DNA of 64,000 bases, from positions 2,108,001-2,172,000 of the forward strand of contig CM119371.1 in assembly GCA_051294905.1 (NCBI GenBank), in the 5' to 3' direction. The notes beneath the pieces were generated by a model that did no database searches, had not been told where the DNA came from, and saw only the letters and a program-made list of their open reading frames with translations. Positions 51,501 through 64,000 of this stretch are shown here, piece by piece (within the stretch, counting starts at the first letter, position 1; each line of letters opens with the position of its first letter). This stretch comes from Botryllus schlosseri (lineage: Eukaryota). Both the position numbers and the translations under genes were made by a program.

Positions 51501-54500
51501 TAATAAATGGCTATCTCTGCTTATGTTCCCCACTGCATGCTGTCAACAGCGCTCGAAAATAAATATCTCAAATCATCACAAATTTCTCCTACTGATCTGG
51601 AGAATAATTGCGAAATAAGTCCTTCATGACACTAATTATATTCCCATTCGGGCTGACATTTAATTGCTGCGAATTCTAAGTTTGTAAATTTCACCCTACC
51701 ACAATTAACCTGCTTCAACGGCGTCCCTACCACTGTATTGTTCATAGTTACATTGCGCCGACCAAGTAATAGCGTTCTTGGAAAAGAATTCTAAGCCCCA
51801 TGCATTTCCATCGGTTACGCTGCTATGATCGCTGTGAAATATTGACACACGATATCTGTCACAATCCAGAATTGTAGTCTAGCGTGCAAGCGCTTCGCTT
51901 ATATTGAGAGTATATAATCACTGTTGAATTTGCTTGGTATGTCCGAGTACGAGATATTGCACGGGTTCTTCGAGAATCAAGACGCTGGTAAGTCGTTACG
52001 CCCATTGGTATTATTAGCGTATTACTTAGGGTTACCATATTTTGGAAATCTGAAAAGAGGACACTTTTCCAGAATTTTTGAACTAGCAATACCGGAGGGG
52101 AATCTTGAAATAATGGTAATTTTTTCACACTTCGTGGTCGACTGAATAAAACAAAAGGGTCAACTTCCTCGCTCACCGATATCCAATCTGGCTCCGGTCC
52201 ATGCTCCGCACTAGCGACTTCACGAAGTGTGCTATCTAAGAAAGACCTAGGCCGGAACTTTTAGGATGTGTCCATTGTGAATATAGCCACCCTGGATGGG
52301 CGTGACTGCCACACAATGCAAATGCCACCCGGGACCCCCACAGAGGAATCAAGACATTACTATTTGTGTGCGAATCTCGCGAAATTTTCAGTCTGATATA
52401 CGTTTGGACGACTACACAATATCTTTTGATTATATAACAGACGGGAGGTAACGAAATACATGCAATAAAGTAATTATAACAACATATAAGATGTTATAAT
52501 TGTGAATTACGTGCTCCCAGCTCTAACGGTAAATGTGACCATCGGGGGCTGAGAGAGGATTATAAATTATTAGTAATATAATGCGATTATCAACTTACTG
52601 AAGACGTTCGGTCATTGACCTGCAAATTGACGACCCTATCGGGCCCAAGACCAACGTTTGTGATGGGGGAGGAATTGCTGTTATGGTCCTGATTTTAACT
52701 CAACCTACGCTAACTAGTTGAATAAGCAGATGGTTATGGCGGCAGGTCCAGACGTAGAGTAAAGGATTGCTAAATAGCGATTGGCGCCCGTTTCAAGTAC
52801 AGCCGCATGAGTAAAAGATAAAGTGGACATAAAATTCTGCCCTCCACCTGACACAGACACAGCAAGCTGACCTTAAATGAAACAGAAAAGAATGGCTCGG
52901 TCCTGATACATATCAGAAGCTGTTGGTTTTGACGAGTAAAAAATTTCAAATCTTTGTTCGATGTACTTACGCACGTACATAGGCCTACTGCTAGCCAAGC
53001 AACATCGGTCCAACATCAATACGTGAGTAATTGAGTAAGCCTATATTAGAAACTAGGCGGAGTGATGATTATTGTCTTGCTGTGAGGTAGTGGCCTCTAA
53101 AGTGTATCGATAACCTGATATACAGCATGGCGAGTGTTCTTACAATCAGACTACAATGTACAATGTACATCGAGTACCTATTTACTAAGTGTTGAGTTGA
53201 TACAGTGGTACGCGAAGGTCTTCCAGGTGGTGTGGTGCTCGATTCAATTCTGTCTTTTTTCGATCGAAGGGAGTTATTAGTTCAGGTTAAGAACCGCTAA
53301 AACAATGGCATTACCGGCGATACAAGTAAACATATGTAAGTGTTCCCTTTGCTTCAGTCCAGGGGTGGCCAACCTGCGGCCGCAAGAGGGAATTTTTGAG
53401 GCCGTAGACACGCAATTCAATTAGTATGTGTTGGTGGCCGTCGACTTGCAACTCGAATTCACGAATTGACTCCCATTTCTTGAAAGATTTTAATTAATCT
53501 TGAAATTTTCTTTGGGCTGCGCGCGATTCAATGCGATTACATTTTCCGATTTTAATATACATAGTAGCACCCTTTGCAAACAGAGCCCTACAATACAGAT
53601 ACGAACATCAGTGGAAAATGATGTGACTCATATGGAAATAGCAGCTCGGAATCGTGTGCTCGTCACTATACTAAAAATCCTGATGGGAGGTCAAGAAATA
53701 ACAGCATGTTACAAAGTGACTAATGCCAATTGGCCCACCCGAAGATGAATCATATTTTATAACTTGATTTAAATTTTCGTAAACACCCCTACATCAACCC
53801 TATGCCAGTAAATCTGATCACACGGGATGAGAAAGGGTAAATGTTTGAGGGTAATATGTAAATAAACTACTAATATAAATGACGAAATTCATTGGTGAAT
53901 CTGAATTTTTTCGCGCTTCGCGCGACTATGGGAACTTCTTTCCTTAACATTACCAGTGACCACTCGCGATTTTGGTGCACATAGTAAGCCTATCATTAAA
54001 TACATCAGTCCGGAGTTCACCATAAATGGACATAAACACCTTAACCTGGGTATTAGGCGTCCAGCAGCTCGTTCATTACGACTATGCCCCGGAATGCGGC
54101 CGCGGGCTACACGCAGGTTACACGAGTGGTCGAAATGCGGCCGTGAATGGCAAAAAGGTTGGCCGCCCCTGCTTCAGTCATAATCTGGCGTTAGCCCTGC
54201 GTATGCGTTGCGATGAATACAAGATATTTAACTGTCAACGCGGACGTTGTAATTTGGTTTATTACTGTGGATGTGATGGATAATATAATCTTTTTTCAAT
54301 GTACTCAGAATTGCTATGCGGGCCGGATAAAATCGTCTGGCGGGACGTATATTTGACATCCCTGGCCTAGTTCAATAGAGTGTGTTTAATACACCTCGCA
54401 TAGGTCAAATACGTGATTATGACGTCATAAGTGGTGGAAACGCGAGTAACTATATAGCTGGTACGCGAGCACTGCATAAAACCTCAAAATGGTACGTGGG

Positions 54501-57500
54501 TGGAAAAAGGTTGGGAACCACTGGCCTAGGCGATGTGAAGAGGAGTCATGCACTCTGAATGAAAGTAAAGAAGATCGTATAGAAAAAGAAAGCGACAAAT
54601 AATAGGGCGGCATCTCAATTTCCTATTTATTCATTCAATGCCGATTAAGACGAGGTGTTTTGCATTTGATTTAGTCGTCATGTGGTACAATACGTCGTTA
54701 CCATTGTACTCCTTATACGGGGGAGGCGTTCTTTTTGTGTGTCCGTGTTCGGCGGCCAGTCCCGAGTCCGAAACTATAGCCTGTCGCACCAACATAAGAA
54801 TCACTATAGTCTCTTGGGAGGAATCCGACATTGCCAAATAGCTGAGACTTAGTTAACACGAGTCGTAAACACAGATATATCATATATCACAGACCATTAT
54901 TGCCGCTAAGTAGTTTTAACAAACTTATCTGACAGACACCGCAGCAGTTTTATGGCACATTATCTAAGTGGAAACGAAGCTGGCAGACGCTGCTGTAATA
55001 TAATAAACTTTCGCGCTGGCTTTTAATTTGAAATGAAGAATGATATCAAATAATAATGAGGGAAGTTACCAGTGGAAGATTCTATTAAAGAAAAACCTGC
55101 TGAGAAACCCGACAAGTAGGCCTACATGTGTTATCCTACCGATATGAAATTATATTGCACGATACATATTACCGTCTCGTCGCTTTAGTTTGTTAACAAG
55201 CTGTTTTCTGCCTTCGTGATGCTATGCTCGTAACAGCAGCATATCAGTTATCCCATCTTGCATGGGCTATACCAATTGCGCAGATCTTGCGCCAAGCTGA
55301 ATATTCGCAACATATATTGCCACTTCAACTGCACGAAACTCGCATATTGTGCTACATCGCTGAGAACATCATGTGCATTGCATCCTTTGATGATGATAAG
55401 TTCTCATGAATTTCGCCTATGAAACGCTATTATAGACGAGCTACCGTCCGATTAAAAACTATCGCCAATACAATGTACATTTCATCGTTACGACAAGTAT
55501 CATCGTAATATTTCAGTTGCCTGACGACATATATTGTTGCAATAAGCTCCATAAGGAGTAAATCGACATTGTCGTGTGACTGAGAGATTTTATGAGTCGT
55601 GAACTCATATATATGATAGATCAAATACCGATTCACGGTCAGATAGTTTTATTAAACTTAACTGTCATACATGGCAAGCAAAGTTACAGCACATTATATG
55701 AGTGGCACACGCTACCTCATCATAATGAATATTACGAAGGCTTTTGATTGAAGAGTGATATCAAATAATAATGTGTAAAGTAGTCATTACAAGATTCCAT
55801 AAAAAGAACTGCTGCAAAACCTATAATGCTATGTTATCTTGTCAATATGAAATTAAATTACATAATAAACATTACCAACACTACGCTATAGTTGTTCACT
55901 AACTGTTCTATTTCTTTGTGATGTTGTGTTCATAACAGCAGCATAGGTTATCCAATCCGGCATTGACAATACTAACTGAACAGTGCCTGTACCAGACTGC
56001 ATATTCGTCGCAAATACTGTCACTTTGCAGCACGACTCTCGGGATTGCGGTACATCGCTATGAACTGATTCCAGTGCGCGCTCAAAGGTCTGCATTTTAA
56101 ATCGATTTCACGCGTGAGTCAGCTTGCAATTGCTTCCGGAGTGCAAGTAACACGATCGTTTCTCGAACTGAACTATATATATATCCTATTACTTTGCATT
56201 TCACTACAGACATGCGACGCATTATCGTAGTATATTAAATTGAATACGTTATCGTAGATCGTAGTAAATGTAATAAATACCGATCTCTAAGCAAAATCTC
56301 TCCTGCAGTCAACAACTACCGAGAACAACGCTGTTCATACAGCTTGCTATATTTGATCACTGTCAGGAACAATCAATTGCTGCAGACTCTAGTTAACACG
56401 AAACATTATTCGTATGAAGCAGTGTTTTTCAACCTGTCTGACGGTTCGCACTGGTTCGAATGAAAAAAAAAATGAAGTGCGAATGACGAAGTTGGTGCAA
56501 ATGGTCCGAATGAAAAATCCGGATGAGTGCGAATGAAAATCGCAAAGAATAATTGTTCATTTTTCTGACGCGAAATAATTCAAATAAACGTAATAGGAAA
56601 TTCAAGGGCAGTGTATTTTTTGTAATTGCGGCGCAATTGTATCTTGTTTAACTTGTGACGCACCACTCGCAAGCCATATTGAATTAATATTTTCGCACTG
56701 TAATTATTACGTAGCCAAAAGCCTAGTTTGGAAGCTAGTGTAGTGGCAGAGATGCAATATCTCAGCCCATCTGAGCCTGTGACACGCTGAACTACTGACG
56801 TCAAATTGACTTTCTGCTTTCTTTCGCTAAACAATCATCATATTTTCGTAATAGCTGATCGATTAGCACGAGGGACGAGGATAGCATTAAATGCCATCAT
56901 TACAGACCCACGTTTGCAAGTTACTGTAACGCAAATTCATACCACTTCAAGGATCCGCAAATGTCATAAGTTTGGGTCGACACGGTGACATAGCTATCTG
57001 TTGATATGCATATGTAATATTTTTTGAGTCTATTGCAAAAGAAATCCTGCGATAGTTTTCCCATATCAAAGATCACTGTTACTGCAGCCAATAAGCGAGA
57101 CACGCGGAAAAACGATTTGATCATGAGAATCTGCCGACCTTTGGTTTAAATTCATGATAAGAGTGTCCTAATAGTTTTGTGGATAACATGGACGAAGAGA
57201 GTTGGGATGAACTAGTGTAGGGGTGTGTAACGAGCGAGTTCAGGCATGAAAGTCATGCAATACGAGGCCAACCCCTTCTGCGTCGGGACACATGAAGACA
57301 TAAAGCACTATTTTTTCAGGTGTTTGAAAATGTCCTCCGAGTACGCCTAAAAATCTGGTCCGGGCTCTGCAACTCGCACACCAATTACCCGAAAATGTGA
57401 AAAAATCGACCTAGTTTAGCACCAATAAAATGACCATAAAAATGATTTAATGCGGCGTTACAATTATTCGTTAGAAAGCCCAAACTATAGGGCAACAATG

Positions 57501-57987
57501 CCGCAAGATTACGAGTCACATGTAAACCTTAGTTTTTCGTATTTACTCGAGTCAAGTCTATTATTCATCCCCGAGTCAAGTCCGAGTCCAAGTCGTGGTG
57601 TGGGGGAGTAGTCCGAGTCACGGAATCGTGTTCAGTAATCGGTGTCTAGTTCTAGTTAGGTTGATCCCCATTATTTACAACTCTGCTTGAAAGATAGACC
57701 CATTCAGAATATGCCGATAATCATCGTTAAGAATTTCTGGCATAAATTTTGATGTACGACTACTCATAGACAGAATATCAATATTATGGAAATTAACAAC
57801 TTTTCACGGTTACAATTAAATGTCTCTCCTGGCTGGTCGAGTCACAATTCATATGACTTGCGCGAGTCATGCACAATTACTCGAATACAAGTCAAGTCAA
57901 TATAAGTTTGATTGACTCAATTCGTGTAGAGTCATTTTCAGTATCGAAGAAATTGTCTCGCGTAAAGTTGAGTCACCTAAAAATTGT

Positions 57988-58965
57988 GACTCATGTCGGA
58001 CTAGAGTCATTACAACCCTGCCGATTTCTGGACTTGCATATAGTCCAACGATGCAGCCACTTCACAGTGCACAGTGCACACGTATCAGTAGGTTGGTTGT
58101 ACATAGCGTCGCCATTAAATAACAACTTTCAAATGCGTCACGCATCAAACCCCAGACACGTTTTCGAGTCCACCTAATTGGAAAAGGCGTGGGCATGTTT
58201 TGAAACAAGATCATCGTGCACTCGTCTTTGATGTTTTTGTTCTCTACCCCGAAGCCTGTATTTTCTTGCGTTCTTTTAGCTCTTGATGCTTTCGGATGAC
58301 TTTCCGCTGCTCGGACTAGCTTTGAGTTCCCAATGCAGGCGCCTTTTCTACACAATCTTGCCCTGGTCTCTCGAATGGATAATTGGGCAACTGGAGTTTA
58401 TCACGGCTAGCTGTCGTACCGTCGCTGCCTTCATACGGAAGTCAAGTTGGATTTTAGAAATCCATAGATCGAGTCGTTTTCCTGATCTGCATTCCAGAGT
58501 TGTGCAGCGTTCTCAGTCTTTTCTTGTGAGCGATTGAATCTTACGATGACGTTCTCGTGCAATGTTATCGGTTTGGGTTGGATTAAGGATCGGCATCATT
58601 CGACGAACCGATCTTCTTTTTAGCTTCTGCTTTTGGAGAAATTCTGCCTCACGGTGTTCGTTGATTTTGAGCGCTTTAATAGAATGGAGGAATCGGTTGA
58701 TTTGACTGAGAAAAATATTCCTTGTATCACGGTAACTTGATATATTTTTAAAAATAATAGGCTACTTATTAATCGGGCTTCACACAATCATTGCCGTACT
58801 CGAATCTGAGTGGAGATTGGTTAATTTATTACAATGATTGGAATCGAAAAGTGAGACATGATTTTTCGGACACGAAAATGATGAGCTCATTGCTTCAAAT
58901 AGTTAATTCAATATTAAAAATTGTAGTTTCGTTGCCATTTTCCCCTGAGGATGGCTGTATACATG
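57988..58965. repeat. About 0.9-kb dispersed duplicate, copy 2
   Basis: Same as copy 1. Confidence 0.85.
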
Positions 58966-59187
58966 TAGGGCTCGGCACAATGATCATAACATTTGAATCT
59001 GACTTAAGTATTAATTCTAATGATTCGAGTTGAGTAGCGTAATTATGCGCCCCTTGCCAATAGGACCGTACAAAAATTGAGTACCTGAGGGAATCAATTC
59101 ATAATCACGTATCAGTCTACGAGTCGAGTCAAGTATTCGAGTATCACTCTTCACGTCCACTTGCGAATGAATATAACTCTATTAGTT

Positions 59188-59224
59188 ACACGAGCTTTCG
59201 AAGCGCTGCTCCTTCATCAGGTGT
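59188..59224 (-). ncRNA. Second minimal hammerhead ribozyme motif (sense to the PLE ORF)
   Basis: Reverse complement ACAC-CUGAUGA-A-GGAGC(AGC)GCUUC-GAAA-GC-UC/GUGU. Its one difference from the other copy gives a G-U wobble in stem II. Confidence 0.83.
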
Positions 59225-59959
59225 CAAAGCGAAAGTAACGCAAAAAGAGCAACGCAAAAATATTTTCAATTTGAACATATGCATATTATGACATCATAGG
59301 GAATGAGAAATTCTAGATTCCGAAACTTCGTACTCTATGACGTCATAGACACAAATATCAAATTTTGATTTGAAATGCAAATAGTGAGTTGTGTGCTTAA
59401 AATCGGATTGGATAAGGTGTTTATATGCTAATTTGAAAAGAACAAAAGGTGTTAAGTCAGGCATTCACGGTGTAGTGAGACAAACATCCTCTATCCATAT
59501 TCAGCCCTTGTCGAAAAGTATCAAATTTCTCGATTTAATTTTGTTCTGTAGCCTTGCGGAGAGTAGCGTCTTCCATGTTCCCGACCAATACATTGATAGT
59601 CATGTCGCTCTCCGAGTGCACAGCGGAAGAAAAATAATCACCGACAGGCTTCGATTTGTTACCTTTCGAGATATCATGTCGGTGACCATTTACTCTCTTG
59701 TGAAGAGGTTGACTGGTTTCTCCTACGTACCATGCATTCGTACATCCTTTTCGACAGCGAATCAAATAAACGAAATTACTTGATTTACAAGTAAAATGGC
59801 CCTTGATGTTGTGTCGGGCGGATCCTCTTGTAATCACGGGGCTGTGATCGAGAATAACACACGTCTTGCATGATGGCTCATTCCCTATGATTTCATAATA
59901 TGCATATTTTCAAATTGAAAATATTTTTGCGTTGCTCTCTTTGCGTTACTTTCGCTTTG

Positions 59960-59996
59960 ACACCTGATGAAGGAGCAGCGCTCCGAAAGCTCGTGT
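59960..59996 (+). ncRNA. Minimal type I hammerhead ribozyme motif (PLE type)
   Basis: ACAC-CUGAUGA-A-GGAGC(AGC)GCUCC-GAAA-GC-UC/GUGU. Core, stem II and stem I pairings are visible, stem III is a minimal palindrome, and predicted cleavage is after C59992. Confidence 0.85.
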
Positions 59997-60742
59997 AACT
60001 AATAGAGTTATATTCATTCGCAAGTGGACGTTAAATAGAGTGTGAAAGCTACCAAGGTCTTACGTTTATATATATCATATATGCTATCGGCGCAACAAAG
60101 TATTCAACTCTTGACGACGAAATACCAGTAAGATGTCAAAGTTCATATACCTATACCCTTTTAAGGTACTGCAAAGATTATAATGCCTGTACTTTGGTAT
60201 TTTTCGACCATACCGATTTCATTGCACTTTGGACAATGCTGTGGGTTGACCATGACTTCAGAAATATGTTAATCCCTCTAACATTTGTACTCGGTACTAA
60301 ATTAAAATTCATTGACAAGGAGCTTATAATATCAGTACTCCATAGATTCAATAATCGAAGCAAATTTGATTAATCGAATCATTGTGCCCATCTCGCCAAT
60401 TAACGTTAATTAATGAACCAGAATCGTAGTTACGATCGTATTTTCGAATGGAACTCTAGTGGTCATATAACAGCTTACGAAAGCTGTCGTACAAAACTAT
60501 GTTAACGGAAATGACATATCTGTAAAGTTGTGATCAGCGCACAGCATTCGCAATGAAATAGGCATGGTCGACATAATTCCATACTGTACTCAATATGATA
60601 TATAACCGGCATACAGGCGGCTGTAATTCACTGAAATAAGTGATGCAACTCCCAAAACAACTTTATACTTTTAAAAATGAAATTGTAAAAGGAGTTAGTT
60701 GGAAGTGGAATTCGTCAAAAACAATGGTTGGTAATCATGTGT

Positions 60743-60760
60743 CCAGCGCCCCCTGGTGGC
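60743..60760 (-). promoter_or_regulatory. CTCF consensus motif
   Basis: Minus strand GCCACCAGGGGGCGCTGG matches the CCASYAGRKGGCRS core. Function untested. Confidence 0.45.
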
Positions 60761-63700
60761 AATTTGTGTTTTGTAGGTGGCGGAAACACTCAGGGGTGTT
60801 ATGGGGGTGCTGGGACATTATAGGGGGCGCCGAAGAAAAATGGCGATTTAGTTATAGTTATTAGCTGTGTTGTTAGTTACTTGGTTAGGATTTTTAAGGT
60901 CGTTGTTTATAGATTAGCTGAAGCTGAAAGTCTTGCAATGTCAGTACAGAGTTTTCAAATCCACTAGTTTGTACAAGTCTGGTTGCAGCACCGCAATAGT
61001 GGATAAAAATTAATCATGGACGCAACTACACACGTTTTCCACACCATTCAGCGCGTTGATACAAAATGTCTCATTTCAAGAGGTCTTGAATTGGATGGAA
61101 GCATATCTGTTTGACATTTCCGATGGCGGATTTGATGGAGATCTGAATACAAGATAACAAAAACGTGACAGCAACGCATTCAAACACACCAATACATCCA
61201 TTAGTTGTACAGTGTACATACACCTGATGACTATACAACTAATGGTAATTCAGAGACACTACAGTAGATCTTGAACTGGGGTCTATATATACCTTGATGG
61301 TGTACAACTGTACTTGTTGAAGTGCCAAGTCGAGTCATTACACAGATTGACTCGAGTCGAGACATTTCAGTACTTTGAGAAAATGACTCGAGTCAAGTCG
61401 AGTCAGCAGAAAATTGTGGCTTGAATTGAGTTGAATTGAATTGACTCGAGTCATTGCAAGTTGCAACCCTGATTTTGGTATTACTCAAGTACAGGTAGGT
61501 TTGTCTACTTGCACTACCAACTCAATTCATTATGATTTTAGACTGATTCCACTTGTGCTTCACACTTTCATGTAAAGTTAGCCTACTTGCTTCTCAAACT
61601 TGATGGTTTGTCAAGTGGAAGGTAGTTTGGGGATGAGCTTACAGGATTTGTATGAACTACATTGGCAGGACACGTGGCCGAAATATCCCTGCATCACCGA
61701 CACCAAATATATTTTCGAAAATTGCACATAAGCTTATATATCGTGTCTTTGTCAGGGTACGTTACTCACGGAGATGCACATGCAATTCCGAAAATATCCA
61801 ACTTCGATTACTTGCTAATAGCATGCCCAACCATACGACTTTTTCAAACTACTTACTCGTGTAGTTTTCAGACCTTTCGATTATTTTTCGCATCAAGTTC
61901 AAGGACTGTGTGACACACATTACTCACCATGTTAGTGATAAGAAGAGGCATCAGTCTACACCACACAAGAACCACGTACAATAGATTTATACTGCCAATC
62001 TAGATTGTTGACGGTATACTAACTACAGGCTTCTTATAGTAGGCCTAGTTTTAGTTCTAGTTGCAGACTTTAAAAAGTGAGTAATCCTGGTTCTAGACTT
62101 TCGATATAAAAATCCAGATCTTACACGAGACTCGCGGACTGCCGACCAGTGATGCAATGAGACACACGATACAAAATAATCTCTACCTTGGCATCGTAAA
62201 TCTGGCCGTAAGACGAGAAATCCTTGACCAAGACGTCTTCCAAAAATAGACAGATTTCGAACCAACACCATCATTAGACGTCTTAGGATCGCGCTACTTC
62301 TAGAACTTAATAACCAAAAGCAAACAAGAACTAAGCTATTTTGCCAATGTCGCTAATTACGGTATACTGCCTGAGCAGCAATAATTCGGAAACTATAATG
62401 AAGTGAGAGACAAGGCGCAAATTTTCATTTGCATATTCCTGAAACGTTGAATTGCATAAATTCTCGAGGCCGTTTCATGCTATCTGGAACAATGAGTAGG
62501 GCTGGGCAAAATCGAGTACCCGAGTGATTCGATTCTGAATCACGTATTAAGCTTCGAGTCGAGTTAAGTATTCGAGTATCACTCATTATGACTTCACAAC
62601 AGAATGTACCTTTTATGCGACCACAAATAATATAATGCCGGTTATCGGTCACATTGAAGATACTTTGGAATTTTTTCGCCCATACCGATTCCATTGGAAT
62701 TTTTGGCAATGTTGTCCGAAGATCATGACTTCGGAAACGTGTTATTTCCGGTAACATTCGTAGCTTTGTACTATGTCACGTATGCTGCGACACGGCCAAT
62801 CAAGTTTCCAAGGCTTCCTCAGTGGAAATAGATTAACTTCATTAAATAAATTAACTTTCAAATGCGATGAGCGTATGATACCAGTACTCGAAAAAAAATC
62901 GTATTTTACTACTCAACTAGAATCACTGTACCCAGGCATAACAATGCATATAAAAATTGTGAGAGATGTATAGAGCAGACAACAAGATGAATAAAAAGGG
63001 CAACACAATTACTTCCACTGCAACCAAAACATAGTGCAAGGTAGAGCTAGGATTGCATTGACTCAACTTGAGTCGGACTCGAGTCATTATCTTGGTTATA
63101 GAAAATGACTCGACCCGTACTCCGGTCATTGTGCATTCCTCGGCCAATTCATAAGACTGGTGTATTAGTACCGATACTTGGAAAACAGGCAGAGAAACTG
63201 TGTTTATCTGTATTTATAAACATGCTAAAAGAGTGAGAAGAATGACTAGTGGTGGGTAGTGGCGAGGAAACGTAAATATTTGGATCTGAAATGATTGGTT
63301 TGTCAAAAAATATAATTCATATTGAACTCATTTTTCACCTCATATTTCATTTGGACATTGATGTTTGTCAGATTCCGACCGATCGATTGAGATTGTCGTA
63401 CAAACGTCCTTTACGAAAGAAATTCTGATGCACCAGAGGAACAGCCATTCAAATGAGATGTTATGTATGATGATCTTGTGATTGCGATCTACTGTAATAT
63501 AATCAGAAGTGATTGTATAAAGTAAAATCAACAAATCTATCTATAGATAGAAATCACAGCAGGCCCACCCGGCTATATTGATCTATTTCCTATGGTTTAC
63601 AGGCACGAATGGTCAAGATGTACTCGGTTTTACTCAGGTAGCAGTAATGTCATACATTTCTACTCATGCACAATTCTAATTAGAGTATGTTAGGTAGAAG

Positions 63701-64000
63701 GGAAATACCGCTTTTGCTCAGAAACTGAAAGCTGTTCATGTAGTTTAAGTAGACCAAAATCATAACCACTCCAATAATTACTGCTAGTATGCAAAACCTA
63801 TTTCGGATTATATTACTGTAAAAAATTTAAATGACTTCATTACTGACCACCACTGCTTGCATAGGACCATATCTAGTTTTCTAGTTTATTTCACGTCCAA
63901 ACATAGCAGTGGTTGTAACGTTGAGTTTGCTTGAAGCGAGATGAAATATATTATGAATATCACCTGTTACATCAGCATGATCAGCACAACTGTAGTTGTC

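Larger units (their letters stand above)
59153..60031 (-). mobile_element. Penelope-like element fragment: GIY-YIG endonuclease 3' end flanked by about 155-bp inverted pseudo-LTRs
   Basis: VYLIRCRKGC...WYVGET...RVNGHR...EQN*IEKFDT..GLN (59457-59837, one premature stop). Near-identical inverted repeats at 59153-59307 and 59877-60031. Confidence 0.92.

Noticed and set aside
61222-61260. Additional ACAC-CTGATGA hammerhead-like start
   Set aside because: No stem II or GAAA follows.
62660-62757. RSHDLR as a tyrosine-recombinase HxLR motif
   Set aside because: Not conserved in frame in the two other copies of this repeat.

Overview
AT-rich eukaryotic (animal) genomic DNA with spliceosomal GT-AG introns and very dense transposon content. 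The NACHT signatures resemble invertebrate chordate (ascidian-like) NLRs, but the host is only an inference. The main gene is a minus-strand NLR-type immune gene. I can splice it in frame from a large NACHT exon (11685-13196) through LRR exons to the left window edge. Candidate N-terminal exons lie 18-21 kb upstream: a MAEGG start exon (34523-34595), a decayed death-domain-like exon, a G/N-rich exon and a RHIM-like exon (31588-31737). Its long intron holds a decayed multi-exon SAMD3-like gene. The rest is mobile DNA: many hAT-type MITEs with readable 8-bp TSDs, a 2-kb hAT with a transposase remnant, a tRNA-derived SINE family, a 5'-truncated RNase H-containing LINE with an 11-bp TSD, and a Penelope-like fragment flanked by inverted repeats that each carry a minimal hammerhead ribozyme. 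The best candidate for new biology is a possible amyloid/RHIM-type NLR signalling cassette, which remains a hypothesis. All coordinates were read by eye and may be off by a few bases. No database searches were run.
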